This document shows, one piece after another, positions 38,116 through 47,393 of a DNA stretch of 64,000 bases. Within the stretch, counting starts at the first letter, position 1. Each line of letters begins with the position of its first letter. This DNA is from Alphaproteobacteria bacterium. Its GTDB lineage: Bacteria > Pseudomonadota > Alphaproteobacteria > MPNO01. A program made the position numbers and the translations under genes. The stretch lies in the NCBI GenBank assembly GCA_964291675.2, contig OZ219866.1:2368001-2432000 (forward strand). The letters run 5' to 3'. Under the pieces are notes generated by a model. That model made no database searches and was not told the DNA's origin. It saw only the letters and a program-made list of their open reading frames with translations.

Positions 38116-39305
38116 GGTCGCCGGGCAGCCTCGGCATCGCGGCTCTCCTCGCGCTCACCTCCATGGCCACCGCGATCGGCATCGACGGCACGCTGCCGGC
38201 GATGCCGGCGATGGTCGAAGGCCTGGGTTCGACCCGGACGCTGGTGCAGCTCAGCCTCAGCATGTTCATGGTCGGCGTCGCGGTGGGCCAGCCGGTGCCG
38301 GGCCCCCTGTCGGACCGGTTCGGCAGGAAGCCGGTCATCATCGGCGGGCTGCTGGTCACCGGCGTCGCGGCGCTCGGCTGCGCGCTCGCCGAGACCGTCG
38401 AGGCGCTGATCGCGTTCCGCTTCGTGCACGGCATGGCGGCGGCGTCGGGGTTTATCGTCGCCCGCGCCGTCATCCGGGATCGCTACGAGCGCGGCGACGC
38501 CGCGCGCGTGCTCTCGCTGCTGCTGTTCTTCTTCTGCTTCGGACCCCTGATCGCGCCGATCGTGGCCGCCCACCTGACGGTGTCCTTCGGCTGGAAGGCG
38601 ATGTTCCTGTTCATCGCCGCATACAGCGCGCTCGTGGCGATCCTGTTCGCGCTGGCCTTCCGCGAGACCCTGGAACGGCCCGACCGGGATGCGCTTCGCA
38701 TCGCGCCGATGCTGAGGAATTTCGCGGAGATTTCCCGCAGCGTCGCCTTCTGGGCCTATACCGCCTGCGCCGCGGCGTCCTACGGCATCCTGTTCTCGTT
38801 CCTCTCCGCCTCGCCGCACGTGATCATCACCTTCTTCGGCGAGACCGAGACCGCCTACGCCTACATGTTCGCCGGCTGCATGATCGGCTCGATGGCCGGC
38901 ATGCTGGCGGGCGCCCGCCTGGTCGGGCGTTTCGGCGTCGACCGCCTGTTGCAATGGGGCGTCTGGAGCGCATCGCTGTTCGGCCTGGCGCTCGCCGGGC
39001 CCTCCTGGGCCGGGATCCATCACTGGCTCGCGGTGATCGGCCCGATGTTCTTCTGCATGTTCGCGTTCTCGCTGATCTACCCGCAGACCGTCGCCGGCGC
39101 GCTGCAACCCTTTCCCCGCATCGCCGGCGCGGCCTCGTCGCTGATCGGCTTCGTCCAGCAGGTCGCCGGAGCGGCGATCGGCATGATCGTCGCCGCGCTC
39201 ACCACCGACGGCACGCAGGGGGCGCTGGCGCATGGCGTGCTGTTCTCCTCGCTGTTCGCCCTGGTCGCCTACGAGCTCGTGGTGCGCCGCCACCGGACCG
39301 TATAG
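38112..39305 (+). CDS. Bcr/CflA family MFS drug-efflux transporter
   Basis: GIDGTLPAMP, VQLSLS, GPLSDRFGRKPV (motif A), ARAVIRD, FRETL, AGAASS. Start uncertain. Confidence 0.88.
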   Translation: MRSPGSLGIAALLALTSMATAIGIDGTLPAMPAMVEGLGSTRTLVQLSLSMFMVGVAVGQPVPGPLSDRFGRKPVIIGGLLVTGVAALGCALAETVEALIAFRFVHGMAAASGFIVARAVIRDRYERGDAARVLSLLLFFFCFGPLIAPIVAAHLTVSFGWKAMFLFIAAYSALVAILFALAFRETLERPDRDALRIAPMLRNFAEISRSVAFWAYTACAAASYGILFSFLSASPHVIITFFGETETAYAYMFAGCMIGSMAGMLAGARLVGRFGVDRLLQWGVWSASLFGLALAGPSWAGIHHWLAVIGPMFFCMFAFSLIYPQTVAGALQPFPRIAGAASSLIGFVQQVAGAAIGMIVAALTTDGTQGALAHGVLFSSLFALVAYELVVRRHRTV

Positions 39306-39394
39306 GCGGCCGCGCGGTGCCGGGCGCCGCGCGGTTGCCGCGGCATCGAGAAACCTCCATCCTCTGGCATCGATCCGCCTTCCCCGGGAGAGCC

Positions 39395-41080
39395 ATGCCC
39401 GACACCGTGAACACGATATTCGGCCGCGAGGCCTTTCTCGCGCTGCTGGAGAGCGAGGGGGTGTCGCATCTGTTCGGCAATCCCGGCACCACGGAGCTGC
39501 CGATCATGGCCGCGCTGCCCGACCGGCCGGCGATCGCCTATGTCATGGCGCTGCAGGAGGCGCTCGTGGTCGCCATGGCGGACGGCTACGCGCGGGCCTC
39601 CGGCAGGCTCACCGCCTGCAACGTCCACGTCGCGCCCGGGCTCGGCAACGCCATGGGCTCGCTGTTCAACGCCAACTGGATGGGCTCGCCCATCGTCGTC
39701 ACCGCCGGACAGCAGGAGCAGGGGCACGGGCTGACCGAGCCGATGCTCTATGCGCCGCTGGTGCCGATCGCCCAGCCGCTGGTGAAATGGGCCGTCGAGG
39801 TGAACCGGCTCCAGGATTTGCCCCGCATCGTGCGCCGCGCCGCCAAGGTCGCGATGACCCCGCCGACCGGCCCGGTGTTCATCTCGCTGCCGGGCGACGT
39901 CCTCAACGAGCAGGACGCGCTCGAGCTCGGCCAGCCCACGCGGGTCGACACCGCTGGCCGCCCCGGCGACGCGGCGCTCGACCGCCTGGCCGACCGGTTG
40001 CTCGCCGCCCGCAACCCGGTCCTCCTGGCGGGGCACGAGATCGCGACCTCGGACGCGCTGGCCGAGGCGGCGGCGGTCGCCGAGGCGCTCGGCGCGCCCG
40101 TCTACCAGCAGACGGTGTGCGACGGCGCCCACTTCCTCTCCGAACACCCGGCCTTCATGGGCGGGCTCACCCGCGAGCAGCGGGACGTGCGCGAGACGCT
40201 CGCGCCCTACGACCTGATGTTCTGCATGGGGGCCGACGTGCTGCGCATGTCGGTGTTCAGCGAGACCGATCCGCTGCCGGACGGCATGGCGCTGGTTCAG
40301 CTCGGCCTGCGCGACTGGGAGATGGGCAAGAACTACCCGGCGGAGATCGCGCTGCGCGCCGACGTGAAGGAGTCGCTCGGCCTCCTGGCCCGGCTGATCG
40401 AGCGCAAGCGCGGCGCCGCCGGGGCGGAGAGGGCGGCGGATTCGCTCGCGGCGCTGGCGACCTCCAACTGGTCCGCCAAGCGCGAGGCGCGGCGCAACGC
40501 CGTGCTGGGCCGCGACGGCGCAACGCCGATGGCACCGGAGCTCGCGATGCTCAGGATCGTCGACGGCCTGCCCAAGGACGCGGTCATAGTCGAGGAAGGA
40601 ATCCTGAGCGGGCGCTCGCTCCCCGCGTTCTACCCCTTCCGCGACACCAAAGCGTGGTTCGGCCTCGGCAGCGGCGGAATCGGCTTCGCGATGGCGGGCG
40701 CGGTGGGGATCCAGCTCGCTCTCCCGGACCGGCCGGTGGTCGCGGTCATCGGCGACGGCAGCGCGATGTACTCGATCCAGGCGCTGTGGACCGCTGCCAA
40801 CGCCAACTGCCCGGTCACCTATGTCATCGCCAATAACGGCGGCTACCGGATCATCAAGGAGCGGCTGAAGGCGTTCCACGGCGTCGAGGCGTATACCGGC
40901 ATGGAGTTCAAGGACCCGCCGATCGACTTCATCGGGCTGGCCCGCTCGATGGGGGTGGCGGCGCGGCGGATCGCCGACCCCGACGACATCGCACCCGCCA
41001 TTGCCGAGTCGACGCGGCTGAACGGCCCCACGCTGCTCGATATCGTGGTCGACGACGGGTTCGGGAACGAGGGACGGTGA
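39395..41080 (+). CDS. Thiamine diphosphate-dependent enzyme (benzoylformate decarboxylase-like)
   Basis: LFGNPGTTELP, LQEALVVAMADGYA, HVAPGLGNAMG, GDGSAMYSIQALW..NN (ThDP motif). Confidence 0.9.
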   Translation: MPDTVNTIFGREAFLALLESEGVSHLFGNPGTTELPIMAALPDRPAIAYVMALQEALVVAMADGYARASGRLTACNVHVAPGLGNAMGSLFNANWMGSPIVVTAGQQEQGHGLTEPMLYAPLVPIAQPLVKWAVEVNRLQDLPRIVRRAAKVAMTPPTGPVFISLPGDVLNEQDALELGQPTRVDTAGRPGDAALDRLADRLLAARNPVLLAGHEIATSDALAEAAAVAEALGAPVYQQTVCDGAHFLSEHPAFMGGLTREQRDVRETLAPYDLMFCMGADVLRMSVFSETDPLPDGMALVQLGLRDWEMGKNYPAEIALRADVKESLGLLARLIERKRGAAGAERAADSLAALATSNWSAKREARRNAVLGRDGATPMAPELAMLRIVDGLPKDAVIVEEGILSGRSLPAFYPFRDTKAWFGLGSGGIGFAMAGAVGIQLALPDRPVVAVIGDGSAMYSIQALWTAANANCPVTYVIANNGGYRIIKERLKAFHGVEAYTGMEFKDPPIDFIGLARSMGVAARRIADPDDIAPAIAESTRLNGPTLLDIVVDDGFGNEGR

Positions 41081-41162
41081 GCGTCTTGCGCCCGGAGTCC
41101 GGGGGCGGCATCATCTCCCGGAAGGACAGGGGCGCGCCTCGGATATCTTCCGGGGCTTCCGC

Positions 41163-42338
41163 GTGAGCACCGAGACTCGACCGGATACCGGCGTCTATGC
41201 CGGCACGGGGCTGCCCGAGCTGGGCTTGCGCAATTACTGGTACCCCGTGCTCGCCTCAAGGCGGCTGCGCCGGCGGCCGAAACCGGTCCGGCTGCTCGGC
41301 GAGGACGTGGTGCTGTTTCGCGACAAGGGACGGCTGTACGCGCTGAAGGACCAGTGCGCGCATCGCGGCGCGCGGCTGTCCCGGGGGCGCTGCCTTTACC
41401 CCGGCAGCGGCACGCTGACCTGCCCCTATCATGGCTGGACCTATGCGGGCGAGACCGGGAAATGCGTGGCCAGGATCATGGAAGGCCCCGACACCCCGAT
41501 CCCCGAAGAGGCGCGCGTCAGGGCCTACCCGGCTCGCGAGCATCGCGGGGCGATCTGGCTGTTCGTCGGCGACATGGCGGCCGTGCCGCTGGACGAAGAC
41601 CTGCCCGACTGCCTTGCCGATGCCGACGAATGGCACACGATCTCGACCTGGCGGACCTATCGCTGCAACTGGCGCGTGCTCAACGACAATCTGTGCTACG
41701 ACCTGCACGCGCCGTTCGTGCACAGGAACTCGCCCGAGCTGGTCTTTCAGCCGGTCTTTCCCTTCGCCAGCCGGGTCGCCGCGACGAGACTCCAGGATGG
41801 CAAGGGCCTCGGCTACACCGCGCGCGATGGCGTGACCGAGGCCCGTTTTCCCGGCCTTGGGGATTTTCCGCCGCCCCGGGAGGCGTTCTGGCGCCGGCTG
41901 AAGCCGCGCGGCCGCGGCAAGGAGATGGACCCGGAGACCGCACAGGCAACCAAGCGCTACGGCATCGAGTACCGCCACATGTCGCGCCTGCCCGCGGTGA
42001 CGCTGGTGGGCCGGCCGGCCGGAGACTACTTCATGTGCCGCTGGGTGACCCCGGTCGATGCGGAAACGACGCTGTTCTACTCGTTCAACGCGTTTCGCCG
42101 GCGCAGCGCGCTCGGCACAATGCTCGACCGAATCGGCTGGGCGCTCTGGCAGTCCTGGGCGCATGACTGGCTGTTCTCCGACCAGGACAAGCGCATCGTC
42201 GAAGGCGTGCGCTCGGATGCCGAGCAGCTCTCGCGGAGCGATGCCGGCGTCGTGGCGTGGCGCAGGTTCATGGTCGAGAACGCGCGCCGTCCGCCCGAGG
42301 CCGCGACCGGCGTCGGGCTGGAAACCGCTGCGGAGTAG
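41163..42338 (+). CDS. Rieske oxygenase, carbazole dioxygenase (CarAa)/2-oxoquinoline monooxygenase (OxoO)-like
   Basis: LGLRNYWYPV, CAHRG..CPYHGW, IWLFVGD, NWRVLNDNLCYDLHAPFVH, FSDQD, LSRSD. Confidence 0.8.
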   Translation: MSTETRPDTGVYAGTGLPELGLRNYWYPVLASRRLRRRPKPVRLLGEDVVLFRDKGRLYALKDQCAHRGARLSRGRCLYPGSGTLTCPYHGWTYAGETGKCVARIMEGPDTPIPEEARVRAYPAREHRGAIWLFVGDMAAVPLDEDLPDCLADADEWHTISTWRTYRCNWRVLNDNLCYDLHAPFVHRNSPELVFQPVFPFASRVAATRLQDGKGLGYTARDGVTEARFPGLGDFPPPREAFWRRLKPRGRGKEMDPETAQATKRYGIEYRHMSRLPAVTLVGRPAGDYFMCRWVTPVDAETTLFYSFNAFRRRSALGTMLDRIGWALWQSWAHDWLFSDQDKRIVEGVRSDAEQLSRSDAGVVAWRRFMVENARRPPEAATGVGLETAAE

Positions 42339-42345
42339 ACCGGCA

Positions 42346-43125
42346 ATGGATCTTGGAATCGAAGGCCGGGTCGCGCTGCTGACCGGCGCGAGCCGGGGCA
42401 TCGGACATGCCTGCGCCGCGGCGCTGGCGGCGGAGGGCGTCCGCGTCGCCATTTGCGCGCGCGGGCGCGCGGCGATCGAGGCGGCGGCGCGCGACATCGC
42501 GGCGCAGACCGGCGGCGAGGCGGCGCCGTTCGTGGCCGACATGTCGCGCCCCGAGGAGGTGAACCGCCTGTTGTCCGAGGTCGCGGAGGCGATGGGGGGT
42601 GTCGACATCCTGCTCGCCAACAACAGCGGGCCGCCGCGCGGCGGCTTCGACGCCCTGGACGACGCGCAATGGCAGGACGGCTTCGAGGTCACGATGATGT
42701 CGACGGTGCGCCTGATCCGGGGCGTGCTGCCCGGCATGCGGGCGCGGAGATGGGGCCGGGTGCTGACCATCGTCTCGTCGTCGGTACGCCAGCCGGTCGA
42801 CCGGCTCGAGCTCTCCAACGCGCTCAGGCCCGGCATCGTCGGCCTGTTCAAGTCGCTCGCCGTGACCATGGGCAAGGACAACGTGCTGTTCAACTGCGTG
42901 GCACCCGGCCGCATCATGACCGAGCGCTTCCTCTCCGGCGCGAAGAACGCCGGCATGACCGAGGAGGCCTATGCCGAGAAGCACCGGGCGACGGTCCCGC
43001 TCGGGCGGATCGGCAGGCCGGACGAGATCGCCGGCGTCGTGGCCTTCCTGGCCTCGGAGCGCGCGTCCTACATCAACGGCGCGACGGTCATCGTCGACGG
43101 CGGCATGATCCGCTCGCTGCATTGA
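42346..43125 (+). CDS. SDR family oxidoreductase
   Basis: TGASRGIG, NNSGPP, LSNALR (atypical active-site row), PGRIMT, PLGRIGRPDE, VDGG. Confidence 0.9.
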   Translation: MDLGIEGRVALLTGASRGIGHACAAALAAEGVRVAICARGRAAIEAAARDIAAQTGGEAAPFVADMSRPEEVNRLLSEVAEAMGGVDILLANNSGPPRGGFDALDDAQWQDGFEVTMMSTVRLIRGVLPGMRARRWGRVLTIVSSSVRQPVDRLELSNALRPGIVGLFKSLAVTMGKDNVLFNCVAPGRIMTERFLSGAKNAGMTEEAYAEKHRATVPLGRIGRPDEIAGVVAFLASERASYINGATVIVDGGMIRSLH

Positions 43126-43131
43126 GCCCGG

Positions 43132-43533
43132 TCAGTCGAGGACGGCGGTAGCCTCGATCTCCACCAGCCAGTCCTCGTTCGCCAGGCCCGAGACCACCAG
43201 CAGGGTGTTGGCCGGGATGTTGGTCATTCTCCCCTCGTCCATGACCGCCTTGCGCCCCGCGCGGACGCCGCCCAAATTCTCCCTGCCCACCACATAGGTC
43301 GTGGTCCTGACGATGTTGTCGAGCGTGCCGCCCAGCTCGCGGAGCGTCGCGTCGATGTTGTAGAGCGCCTGCCTCGTCTGCGCGCCGGCGTCCTTGGGAT
43401 CGACGGTCTTGCCGTCCTTGTCGATCCCGACCTGGCCCGCGAGGTAGAGGGTCTTGTCCGCCTGCACGACCCAGGAGAAGTTGCCCGGCGGCGCGACGAC
43501 GCTCTCGGGGTTGATGTAGCTTCGCTTGGGCAT
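43132..43533 (-). CDS. Rid family protein lacking the catalytic Arg (Rid4-7-like)
   Basis: LYLAGQVG, QTRQALYNI, PANTLLVVSGL, LVEIEATA. Confidence 0.87.
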   Translation of the reverse strand: MPKRSYINPESVVAPPGNFSWVVQADKTLYLAGQVGIDKDGKTVDPKDAGAQTRQALYNIDATLRELGGTLDNIVRTTTYVVGRENLGGVRAGRKAVMDEGRMTNIPANTLLVVSGLANEDWLVEIEATAVLD

Positions 43534-43637
43534 TCGAGTCTCCCAGTAATATGATTTGCGTGCAGGATAGCATTGCACCGGGGCCGGCGAACCCGGCCGG
43601 TGTCGGTTGGGGGCGACGGCCTCCGGGAGAACAGGAG

Positions 43638-44906
43638 ATGGCCAGACGCGCGACCTTCCTCAGGGGCGAATACGCAGGCTATCGGGCCGCGCTCGACAAG
43701 CTCGCCGCGGATGAGGAGCTGACCCGGGTCGGGCCGGGCACGCCCGGGGGCGAGTATCTCCGCCGGTTCTGGCACCCCATCGCGTTTGCCGCCGAGCTCG
43801 AAGACGTGCCGCGGCGGGTCCGCGTGCTGGGCGAGGACCTCGCGCTGTTCAGGGACAAGTCGGGGCGCATCGGGCTGCTGGCGCTCCATTGCCCGCACCG
43901 GGGCACGTCGCTCGAATTCGGCATCGTCCGGGAACGCGGCATCATGTGCTGCTACCACGGCTGGGTGTTCGACGTGAACGGGCGGATCCTGGAGACGCCG
44001 GGCGAGCCCGCCGGCAGCACGCTCAAGGACCGGCTGTGGCACGGCGCCTACCCGGTCCACGAGTTCAAGGGGCTGGTCTTCGCCTATATGGGTCCGGCGG
44101 AGGCGCGCCCGCCCTTCCCGGTCTATGACAGCTTCGAGCTCGACGACTACCGGCTGGAGCCGTGGGGCGGCAACGTGCTGCCGTGCAACTGGATCCAGGT
44201 GAAGGAAAACGCCATGGACCCGGTGCACACCGCGTTCCTCCACAGCATCAATTTCACAGAATCCTTCGGCGTCATCCCCGAGCTCGACTTCCGCGAGAAC
44301 CCGCTCGGCATGATGTATGTCGGGGTGCGCCGGATCGGCGACAATGTCTGGGTGCGCTCGACCGAGATGATCATGCCCAACCTGCACCAGCTGGCGCCGA
44401 CCTTCGAGACCGGCGAGACCCCCAAGACCTTCTCGCGGCCGATGCAGTCGATCTGGGCGGTGCCGCTCGACGACACCCACACCATGAATATCGGCTTCAA
44501 CCATTACGACGAGATCGATCCGCCGGACATGGAGCGGTATTACATGGGCACGGATTTCGGCCAGATGCCGGACCGTCCCTATGAGGAACGGCAGCGGCTT
44601 CCCGGCGACTACGACGCGCAGGTCAGCATCGGGCCGACCGCGATCCACGCCCGGGAGCATCTCGGCGCCACCGACCGCGGCGTGAGCCTGTTCCGCGGCC
44701 TGGTGCGCCGGGGTATCCGCGACGTCGCCGAGGGGCGGGACCCCGTGCCCCCGGCGCAGCGCGGCGACGGGCCGATCCGCACCTTTGCGCACGACACCAT
44801 CGTGGCCGCACCCAGGATGAACGATGCCGGCACCGAGATCGACCAACTGCGCAGGATCGGGCGCGAGGTGACCGACGCCGTGATCGCCGGCAAGTTCCCG
44901 CGCTGA
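43638..44906 (+). CDS. Rieske oxygenase alpha subunit (phthalate dioxygenase-like group), paralogue of 29922..31268
   Basis: AGGAG RBS, LTRVGPGTPGGEYLRRFWHP, CPHR..CCYHGW, CNWIQVKENAMDPVHTAFLH. Confidence 0.9.
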   Translation: MARRATFLRGEYAGYRAALDKLAADEELTRVGPGTPGGEYLRRFWHPIAFAAELEDVPRRVRVLGEDLALFRDKSGRIGLLALHCPHRGTSLEFGIVRERGIMCCYHGWVFDVNGRILETPGEPAGSTLKDRLWHGAYPVHEFKGLVFAYMGPAEARPPFPVYDSFELDDYRLEPWGGNVLPCNWIQVKENAMDPVHTAFLHSINFTESFGVIPELDFRENPLGMMYVGVRRIGDNVWVRSTEMIMPNLHQLAPTFETGETPKTFSRPMQSIWAVPLDDTHTMNIGFNHYDEIDPPDMERYYMGTDFGQMPDRPYEERQRLPGDYDAQVSIGPTAIHAREHLGATDRGVSLFRGLVRRGIRDVAEGRDPVPPAQRGDGPIRTFAHDTIVAAPRMNDAGTEIDQLRRIGREVTDAVIAGKFPR

Positions 44907-44917
44907 GCGACCGCGCC

Positions 44918-45577
44918 GTGAGGTTGACGACCGTGCCGCAAGACCTGTTGACCGATTTTTCCGAGGTGGTCGCACCCGGCCACACGGCACTGCTGATCAT
45001 CGACGTGCAGAACGATTTCTGCGCCCCGGGCGGACATACCGAGGTCAATCTGGGCAGGGACGTCGCCGACTGCCAGGCGGTGGCCGCGCCCATCGAACGG
45101 CTGGCCGCCGCCGCCCGGCGCGCCGGCGCCCTCGTGGTCTGGATCAAGGCGGACTACGACCGCGCCCATTTGTCGCCGCCGATCCATGCCCGGCAGGTCG
45201 CGCGCGGCATCGCCGAGGCGTATTGCGTCTCCGGCACATGGGGCGCCGAGTTCTACCGGGTGAGCCCGGAGGAGGGCGACCCGGTCATCGAGAAGCACCG
45301 CCACAGCGCTTTCATCGGCACCGCGCTCGACCAGGTCTTGCGCGACCGTGGAATCAGAACTGTGGTCGTGGCCGGCGTCCAGACCCATGTCTGCGTCGAG
45401 TCGTCGCTTCGCGATGCGTCGGCGCGCGGCTACTACGTCGTCGTGCCCGGCGATTGTGTCGGCTCGTTCGACCGGGATCTCCACGACAAGACGCTGCGCT
45501 GTGTCGAGATGCATTTCGGCGATGTCGTCGATTCCGCCGAGCTGCTGGCAAGCTGGCGGCGCGACCCCGCGGGATGA
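44918..45577 (+). CDS. Cysteine hydrolase / isochorismatase family protein
   Basis: ALLIIDVQNDFC, EKHRHSAF, GVQTHVCVESS (D-K-C triad). Confidence 0.9.
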   Translation: MRLTTVPQDLLTDFSEVVAPGHTALLIIDVQNDFCAPGGHTEVNLGRDVADCQAVAAPIERLAAAARRAGALVVWIKADYDRAHLSPPIHARQVARGIAEAYCVSGTWGAEFYRVSPEEGDPVIEKHRHSAFIGTALDQVLRDRGIRTVVVAGVQTHVCVESSLRDASARGYYVVVPGDCVGSFDRDLHDKTLRCVEMHFGDVVDSAELLASWRRDPAG

Positions 45578-45602
45578 CGCGGGCCAACCGAGGGAGCGAT
45601 CG

Positions 45603-46466
45603 ATGGCGATACCAGCGCAATACCCGGAACCCGCCGACGCCGCCGCGCGACGCGCGGTCGAGCCGGTCACGGTCTACACCGTCGACCGCCTGCCGCCCTT
45701 CGACCGGGCGTTCTACGAGTCCGCGCGGGCGGGCATGACCAAGATCGACGAGGTGACCGTGCCGCCGCGCGACGCGCGCGCCTTCGACGTCCCGGCCGGA
45801 CACCTGTTCCGCATCGTCGTCGCCGGGGGCTCGCAGGTCGGCGACCTCAATTTGTGGAACGCGGCCGACCTCTCGGAATGCTTCTACTCGGGCAAGACGC
45901 GGGCGCTGCACGCCACCCATGTGAGCACCGGCGACCGCCTGTGGAGCTGCATGCCGTGGCTGCGCCCGATGGCCACCATCACCCACGACACGCTCGACTG
46001 GTACGGCTTCGACGAATTCGGGGCGGGCGTCCACGACGTGATCGGCACGCGTTGCGACCCCTACACCAACCGCCTGCTGTCCGGGACGGACTATCACCAT
46101 TGCTGCCACTCCAGCCTCACCCGCGCGCTCGCCGCCGCGCGGGGGCTGGCGCTGGCCGAGGCCGAGACGCACGTGCACGACGTGGTCAACGTGTTCATGT
46201 GCACCGGCTACACGCGCGACACCAACCAGTACTTCATGAAGGCGAGCCCGGCGCGGGAAGGCGACTTTCTGGAGCTGTTCGCCGAGATCGACCTGCTGGC
46301 CGGGTTGTCCACCTGCCCCGGCGGCGATTGCGGCGCCGGGCACTCCAGCGACTCGGCGGCCTGCCATCCCTTGCGGGTGGAGATCTTCCGGCCGGAGGAG
46401 GCAAGCCTGGCAGGCTGGCGCCCGGCGGAGCCGAGCGGCTACGGCGGCGGCCACGGCGCCGGGTGA
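45603..46466 (+). CDS. DUF1989 / urea carboxylase-associated family protein
   Basis: SQVGDLNLWN, SGKTRALH, HDVIGTRCDP, CCHSSL, VNVFMCTG, STCPGGD. Confidence 0.85.
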   Translation: MAIPAQYPEPADAAARRAVEPVTVYTVDRLPPFDRAFYESARAGMTKIDEVTVPPRDARAFDVPAGHLFRIVVAGGSQVGDLNLWNAADLSECFYSGKTRALHATHVSTGDRLWSCMPWLRPMATITHDTLDWYGFDEFGAGVHDVIGTRCDPYTNRLLSGTDYHHCCHSSLTRALAAARGLALAEAETHVHDVVNVFMCTGYTRDTNQYFMKASPAREGDFLELFAEIDLLAGLSTCPGGDCGAGHSSDSAACHPLRVEIFRPEEASLAGWRPAEPSGYGGGHGAG

Positions 46467-46592
46467 CGCCCGGCTCGGTGGGCTGTTCCGCATCGCCTGC
46501 CGAGAGAAGTTTCCTCATGAGCGAAGCCTCCTTGGTTTCGCCCCCACAAGACCCTACAGTTCGGCGAACCATGGAATTCTGGGAGGCCCAAC

Positions 46593-47378
46593 ATGAACGC
46601 CACCGCCGTCCGCGACATCGTCGGCTCGTCGCTGCGCGACAGGGTCAGCGAAGAGGAATGGCAGACCCGCGTCGACCTCGCCGCCGCCTACCACCTGTCG
46701 CATATGTATGGCTGGACGACGACGCTGATCTACAACCACATATCGGCGCGCATCCCGGGCCCCGAGCGCCATTTCCTGCTCAACCCGTTCGGGCTGCGCT
46801 GGGACGAGGTGACCGCGTCCAACCTGGTGAAGATCGATCTCGACGGCACCATCCTCGACGACACCCCCTACGGCATCAACGACGCGGGCTACACCATCCA
46901 CAGCGCCATCCACGGCGCCCGCGAGGACGCGCATTGCGTGCTCCACACCCATACCGAGGCGGGCATGGCGGTCTCGGCGCTGGAGGACGGGCTGATCTTC
47001 ACCAATCTCGACGCGATGATGTTTTATGGCGACGTCGCCTATCACGAGTTCGAGGGGATCTCGCTCGATCTCTCGGAGCGCGATCGGCTGGTCCGCGACA
47101 TCGGCGACAAGAATGCGATGATCCTGCGCAACCACGGGCTGCTGACCGCCGGACGCTCGGTCGCCGAGGCCTGGGTGAAGATGTACTTTTTGGAGAAGGT
47201 CTGCTCGGCGCAGCTCAAGCTGCTCGCGGCGACGGCATCGGGCGCCCGGATCCACCAGCCGACGCCGGAAGTCTGCGCGCACACCGCGCGGCAATCCACC
47301 CAGGAGGAATGCGGAAAGAACGAATGGCCGGCGCTGCTGCGCCAGCTCGACGAGGCCGGCATCGAGTACGCCGTATAG
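46593..47378 (+). CDS. Class II aldolase/adducin family protein
   Basis: RVDLAAAY, YNHISAR, EVTASNLVK, IHSAIH, HTHT, LRNHGLL. Confidence 0.92.
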   Translation: MNATAVRDIVGSSLRDRVSEEEWQTRVDLAAAYHLSHMYGWTTTLIYNHISARIPGPERHFLLNPFGLRWDEVTASNLVKIDLDGTILDDTPYGINDAGYTIHSAIHGAREDAHCVLHTHTEAGMAVSALEDGLIFTNLDAMMFYGDVAYHEFEGISLDLSERDRLVRDIGDKNAMILRNHGLLTAGRSVAEAWVKMYFLEKVCSAQLKLLAATASGARIHQPTPEVCAHTARQSTQEECGKNEWPALLRQLDEAGIEYAV

Positions 47379-47393
47379 CCCGGAGGCCCCCGG

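Noticed and set aside
42346-43125. SDR with S-x3-R in place of Y-x3-K as a second halohydrin dehalogenase
   Set aside because: It keeps the TGxxxGIG cofactor motif and lacks the catalytic Tyr and T-X4-F-X-G. This is a common atypical SDR subgroup.
44918-46466. DUF1989 gene as part of a guanidine carboxylase pathway with a guanidine riboswitch
   Set aside because: Single DUF1989 gene, no carboxylase, and no room or motif for a riboswitch upstream.
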